From an uncultured Phycisphaeraceae bacterium (GTDB lineage: Bacteria > Planctomycetota > Phycisphaerae > Phycisphaerales > UBA1924), in the NCBI GenBank assembly GCA_964394895.1, contig CAYMZJ010000008.1, positions 35,240 through 99,239 on the forward strand: DNA of 64,000 bases, read 5' to 3'. Shown here one piece after another: positions 61,326 to 64,000 of the stretch; within the stretch, counting starts at the first letter, position 1; each line of letters opens with the position of its first letter. Below the pieces are notes generated by a model, which was not told the origin of the DNA, did not search any database, and saw only the letters and a list, made by a program, of their open reading frames with translations. A program made the position numbers and the translations under genes.

Positions 61326-62051
61326 ATGAAGGCCGAAACCGCCAAGACATTCGATCCAAACGACCCCCACGGCTTTGCCGAACTCGGCGAGCACCACGGG
61401 CACCATATCACCAGCACAAAGATGCTGCTCACGGTCATCCTCATACTCGTCGCCCTCACCGGGCTGACCATACTCACTTCCGAAGCAGAGACCTACCTCG
61501 TCAAAGAGATGGGCTGGGCGCTCCCCGAGTGGATCAACGTCGCTGTCGCCATGAGTATCGCCCTCGTCAAGGGCACCTTCGTGCTCCTCATCTTCATGGC
61601 CCTCCGCTACGAAAACCCCCTCTACTCCATCATCTTCCTCTTCTGCATGTTCGCCTTCGCGCTCTTCCTCGGCCTCACGGGAATGGACATCGACAACCGA
61701 GGGCACGTCTACCCATGGAAGGTCCAGACCATCAACGCCGGCGGCACCGGCGTCAACATGAACTACCCCGGCGGCACGATCTACGTCCACGGCGAGACCG
61801 TCACCCTGCCCGCCACGAGCTACACCGGCTCACTCGCAGACCACCTCCGAGAGACCTACATCAAACAAACCGGAATCTCCCAGGAGGAGTACCAAAAACG
61901 CTGGAACAAAGCAAATCACGCATACGGATACTACGACGTACTCCCAAGCTCCCAACGATCCGTCGCACGCACCGGCCTGAGCGGCGCCCTCGACGACACC
62001 GACCCCGACGCAAAGAGCAACGACAACGCCCCCAAAGACTCCGGCCACTGA
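61326..62051 (+). CDS. coxD: Cytochrome c oxidase subunit IV (bacterial CoxD-like) with ~100-aa C-terminal extension
   Basis: HGHHITSTKMLLTVILILVALTGLTIL pattern typical of prokaryotic subunit IV, 3 TM. Confidence 0.7.
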   Translation: MKAETAKTFDPNDPHGFAELGEHHGHHITSTKMLLTVILILVALTGLTILTSEAETYLVKEMGWALPEWINVAVAMSIALVKGTFVLLIFMALRYENPLYSIIFLFCMFAFALFLGLTGMDIDNRGHVYPWKVQTINAGGTGVNMNYPGGTIYVHGETVTLPATSYTGSLADHLRETYIKQTGISQEEYQKRWNKANHAYGYYDVLPSSQRSVARTGLSGALDDTDPDAKSNDNAPKDSGH

Positions 62052-62126
62052 CCCCACCGACCCCAGCACCAACACCGCGCAACCAACCCCACCGATGGGG
62101 CCGATCCCCCGAACGGAAATGACGCC

Positions 62127-62966
62127 ATGCGTCGCCCTCGAACCGTCCCGCTGCTCATCGCGATCCTGTCGCTCGCTCTTGCGATCGGCGCGGTTGTCCT
62201 CATGGCAAACCGCATCGTCGAATACAACAAAGCCCAAGGCCGCACCACCTACGTCCAGTTCGAGGTCAACGACCGAGACTTTGTCTACGCCGATCAACCA
62301 GTCTCCATCGAAGACCTCCCACCCAAAGGCAACGCCGACCTGGGATCCATCCGCGTGACCTTCGGCGACGAATCACTCAACCTCCCCGTCACCATCCCAC
62401 CAAACGACTTCGCCGACCGGTTCCCCGGCCTCGAACGACACTCCGACTGGATGCGACTCGTCCGCTTCGCCAAACTCACCGGCCGCGACTACCACGAGCT
62501 CATGCACGCCCTGGGCACCGGCCAAGAGGACGACCGCCTCGTCATGGTCACCAAGTCCATCCGCCCCGGCGTCAACCCCGAAACCTGGGGCAAGGTGTGG
62601 CGCAAAGACTGGATCTTCGACTTCTACGAGTTCCTCCCCCAAGGTGGCTTTCGGCACGAACGCTTCGCCTACCCCCACGCCCGCTCCGCAGAGCAGCAAG
62701 ATGCCCAACGCGAAGCTGAAGCCCAAGGCAAGGGAGGCATCCCCGACCTCGACACCCGATCATGGCAGTTTCAGATGGCACACCTGCTCATGCCCCAAGG
62801 CAGCGCCCCCCGAATCATCGCCGGCGACTCACCCCTCGTCGCCGTCGGCTGGATCTTCCCCGCCACCATCCTCATGGTCTTCGTCACCACCCTGAGCCTG
62901 CTCCTCGCCTTCGCGCCCAACAACTTCCCCACCGCCCAAGACCCCACTACTCCCACAAACACCTGA
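62127..62966 (+). CDS. Hypothetical membrane protein (N- and C-terminal TM) at 3' end of cox cluster; possible assembly factor
   Basis: Bitopic-like topology, position after coxD; no SURF1 signature recognised. Confidence 0.5.
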   Translation: MRRPRTVPLLIAILSLALAIGAVVLMANRIVEYNKAQGRTTYVQFEVNDRDFVYADQPVSIEDLPPKGNADLGSIRVTFGDESLNLPVTIPPNDFADRFPGLERHSDWMRLVRFAKLTGRDYHELMHALGTGQEDDRLVMVTKSIRPGVNPETWGKVWRKDWIFDFYEFLPQGGFRHERFAYPHARSAEQQDAQREAEAQGKGGIPDLDTRSWQFQMAHLLMPQGSAPRIIAGDSPLVAVGWIFPATILMVFVTTLSLLLAFAPNNFPTAQDPTTPTNT

Positions 62967-63017
62967 AGCAATCCCGCGCACCCATCCCCGTCCACCCATC
63001 TCGGGCCCCCAACCGCC

Positions 63018-63212
63018 TTCTCCTGCTCCCCCTCCCTTGGGAGGGGGCCCGGGGGCGGGTGCCTTTTCTTCCTCCCCCTCCCCTTGGGAGGGGGCCGGGG
63101 GGCGGGTGCCTTTTCTTCCTCCCCCTCCCCCTGGGAGGGGGCCCGGGGGCGGGTGCCTTTTCTTCCTCCCCCTCCCCTTGGGAGGGGGCCGGGGGGAGGG
63201 TGCCTTTGGCGA
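63018..63212. repeat. C-tract/G-tract hairpin tandem repeat, locus 3 (4 units of ~47 bp)
   Basis: (CTTCCTCCCCCTCCCCTTGGGAGGGGGCCGGGGGGCGGGTGCCTTTT) x4 with minor variants. Confidence 0.85.
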
Positions 63213-63233
63213 GCAATCGCCGCCCACTCCTGT

Positions 63234-63260
63234 CGTGTGCCACGGCTCTGTGAGCCGTAC
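63234..63260. repeat. REP element copy D (single module, inverted orientation)
   Basis: GTGTGCCACGGCTCTGTGAGCCGT = reverse complement of REP module at 27721. Confidence 0.7.
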
Positions 63261-63330
63261 AGCCCACCGTCCGAAGCGATCAAACGGCCGAGATGCCCGT
63301 GCCATACGAGACGAGTCGCCCGCAGCCGCT

Positions 63331-63939
63331 CTACACCACCAGATCAATCAACCCGCCCACCGGCCACCGCCGCCGCTCCACCGCATACTCGTTGACCACT
63401 CGAACCACCCGCAGCCTGTTCACCCCATGCACCACACGAGGGTCGCCGCCCCCCAACCGCGCATCAGTGGGCGCTGTCCCGATCGCGTTTCCACTCGGCC
63501 TGACCTGCCCGGCAAGATCTTCATCGCGCCCATCGCGCCCATCGCCCGACAACTCCCCTGCCCTACCAGCCCCCAGCCTCTCCAACGCCTCCCCAACCGC
63601 CCGATTCACAAGCCGCCCCCGCGCCCCCTCCAGCTCCAGATGCGTCGAATAAGGCACATCCCCCGGCAGGTGCTCAAGCAACCCGACCACCACCGCCCGC
63701 TCCACCAGCCGGTACGGGTTCACATCGGCCGTCGGGCACCGAGGCGCCGCCGCGATCGACCGACCCCACACAGCCGAACTCGCCAACACAAAATGGCCAT
63801 CGATCCGTGACACGCCAAAACCAGCAGACGAACCGTGTGCCCAACCCAACCGCCCGATAAACTCCTCACCACACGCCCAGAATCGCACGCAACGCCGAAC
63901 GCGCGCTCCCGCCTGCGCACCCCGTTGCCAGCCCGCCAC
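63331..63939 (-). CDS. Hypothetical protein
   Basis: Six-frame ORF with moderate GC3 bias; no domain recognised by eye. Confidence 0.35.
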   Translation of the reverse strand: MAGWQRGAQAGARVRRCVRFWACGEEFIGRLGWAHGSSAGFGVSRIDGHFVLASSAVWGRSIAAAPRCPTADVNPYRLVERAVVVGLLEHLPGDVPYSTHLELEGARGRLVNRAVGEALERLGAGRAGELSGDGRDGRDEDLAGQVRPSGNAIGTAPTDARLGGGDPRVVHGVNRLRVVRVVNEYAVERRRWPVGGLIDLVV

Positions 63940-64000
63940 GCCAAACGTGGCGTGGAGGCCACATGCTCCGGACCGACGCCCTCGACTACCACCTCCCCCC

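Noticed and set aside
62990-63215. Possible CRISPR array (regular ~47-bp repeats)
   Set aside because: Units are directly contiguous with no unique spacers, there is no cas gene nearby, and the same unit occurs at two other loci. It is a tandem repeat family, not CRISPR.

Overview
High-GC (roughly 65-70%) bacterial chromosomal segment. Its gene content is typical of Planctomycetota-like organisms: four PEP-CTERM secreted proteins, a DUF1501/DUF1800 pair, two Ser/Thr kinases (one translationally coupled to an ECF sigma factor), and an alternative complex III cluster fused to a caa3-type cytochrome oxidase cluster. Most of the window is housekeeping: a monocistronic atpD, fabD-lipoprotein-fabG and rpmF-plsX-fabH as two separated, oppositely oriented pieces, gdhA, asnS, rlmN, ychF, murJ, a DEAD-box helicase, an ABC-F ATPase, an SPFH/flotillin protein and one tRNA-Lys(CUU). 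A 13-gene respiratory supercluster, actABCDEF - small hypothetical - sco - coxBACD - hypothetical, occupies 47.6-63.0 kb, with a divergent heme A synthase just upstream (45.9-47.3 kb). Accessory content: a REPtron (IS200-like RAYT tyrosine transposase flanked by REP palindromes, with further REP copies at 2.6 kb and 63.2 kb) sits next to a clearly lower-GC Mrr type IV restriction gene. Two more dispersed repeat families are present: a GAGCC-hairpin-GCAA element at five loci, and a ~47-bp C-tract/G-tract hairpin tandem repeat with G-quadruplex potential at three loci. There is also a (TC)14 microsatellite, a 12-bp x5 minisatellite, and a nested-palindrome in-frame insertion inside rlmN. No CRISPR array and no rRNA. 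I did not see a discrete, recognisable novel multi-gene system; the most unusual material is the repeat architecture and the small Mrr/RAYT island. Coordinates of trimmed starts were derived from the supplied ORF-track frames.
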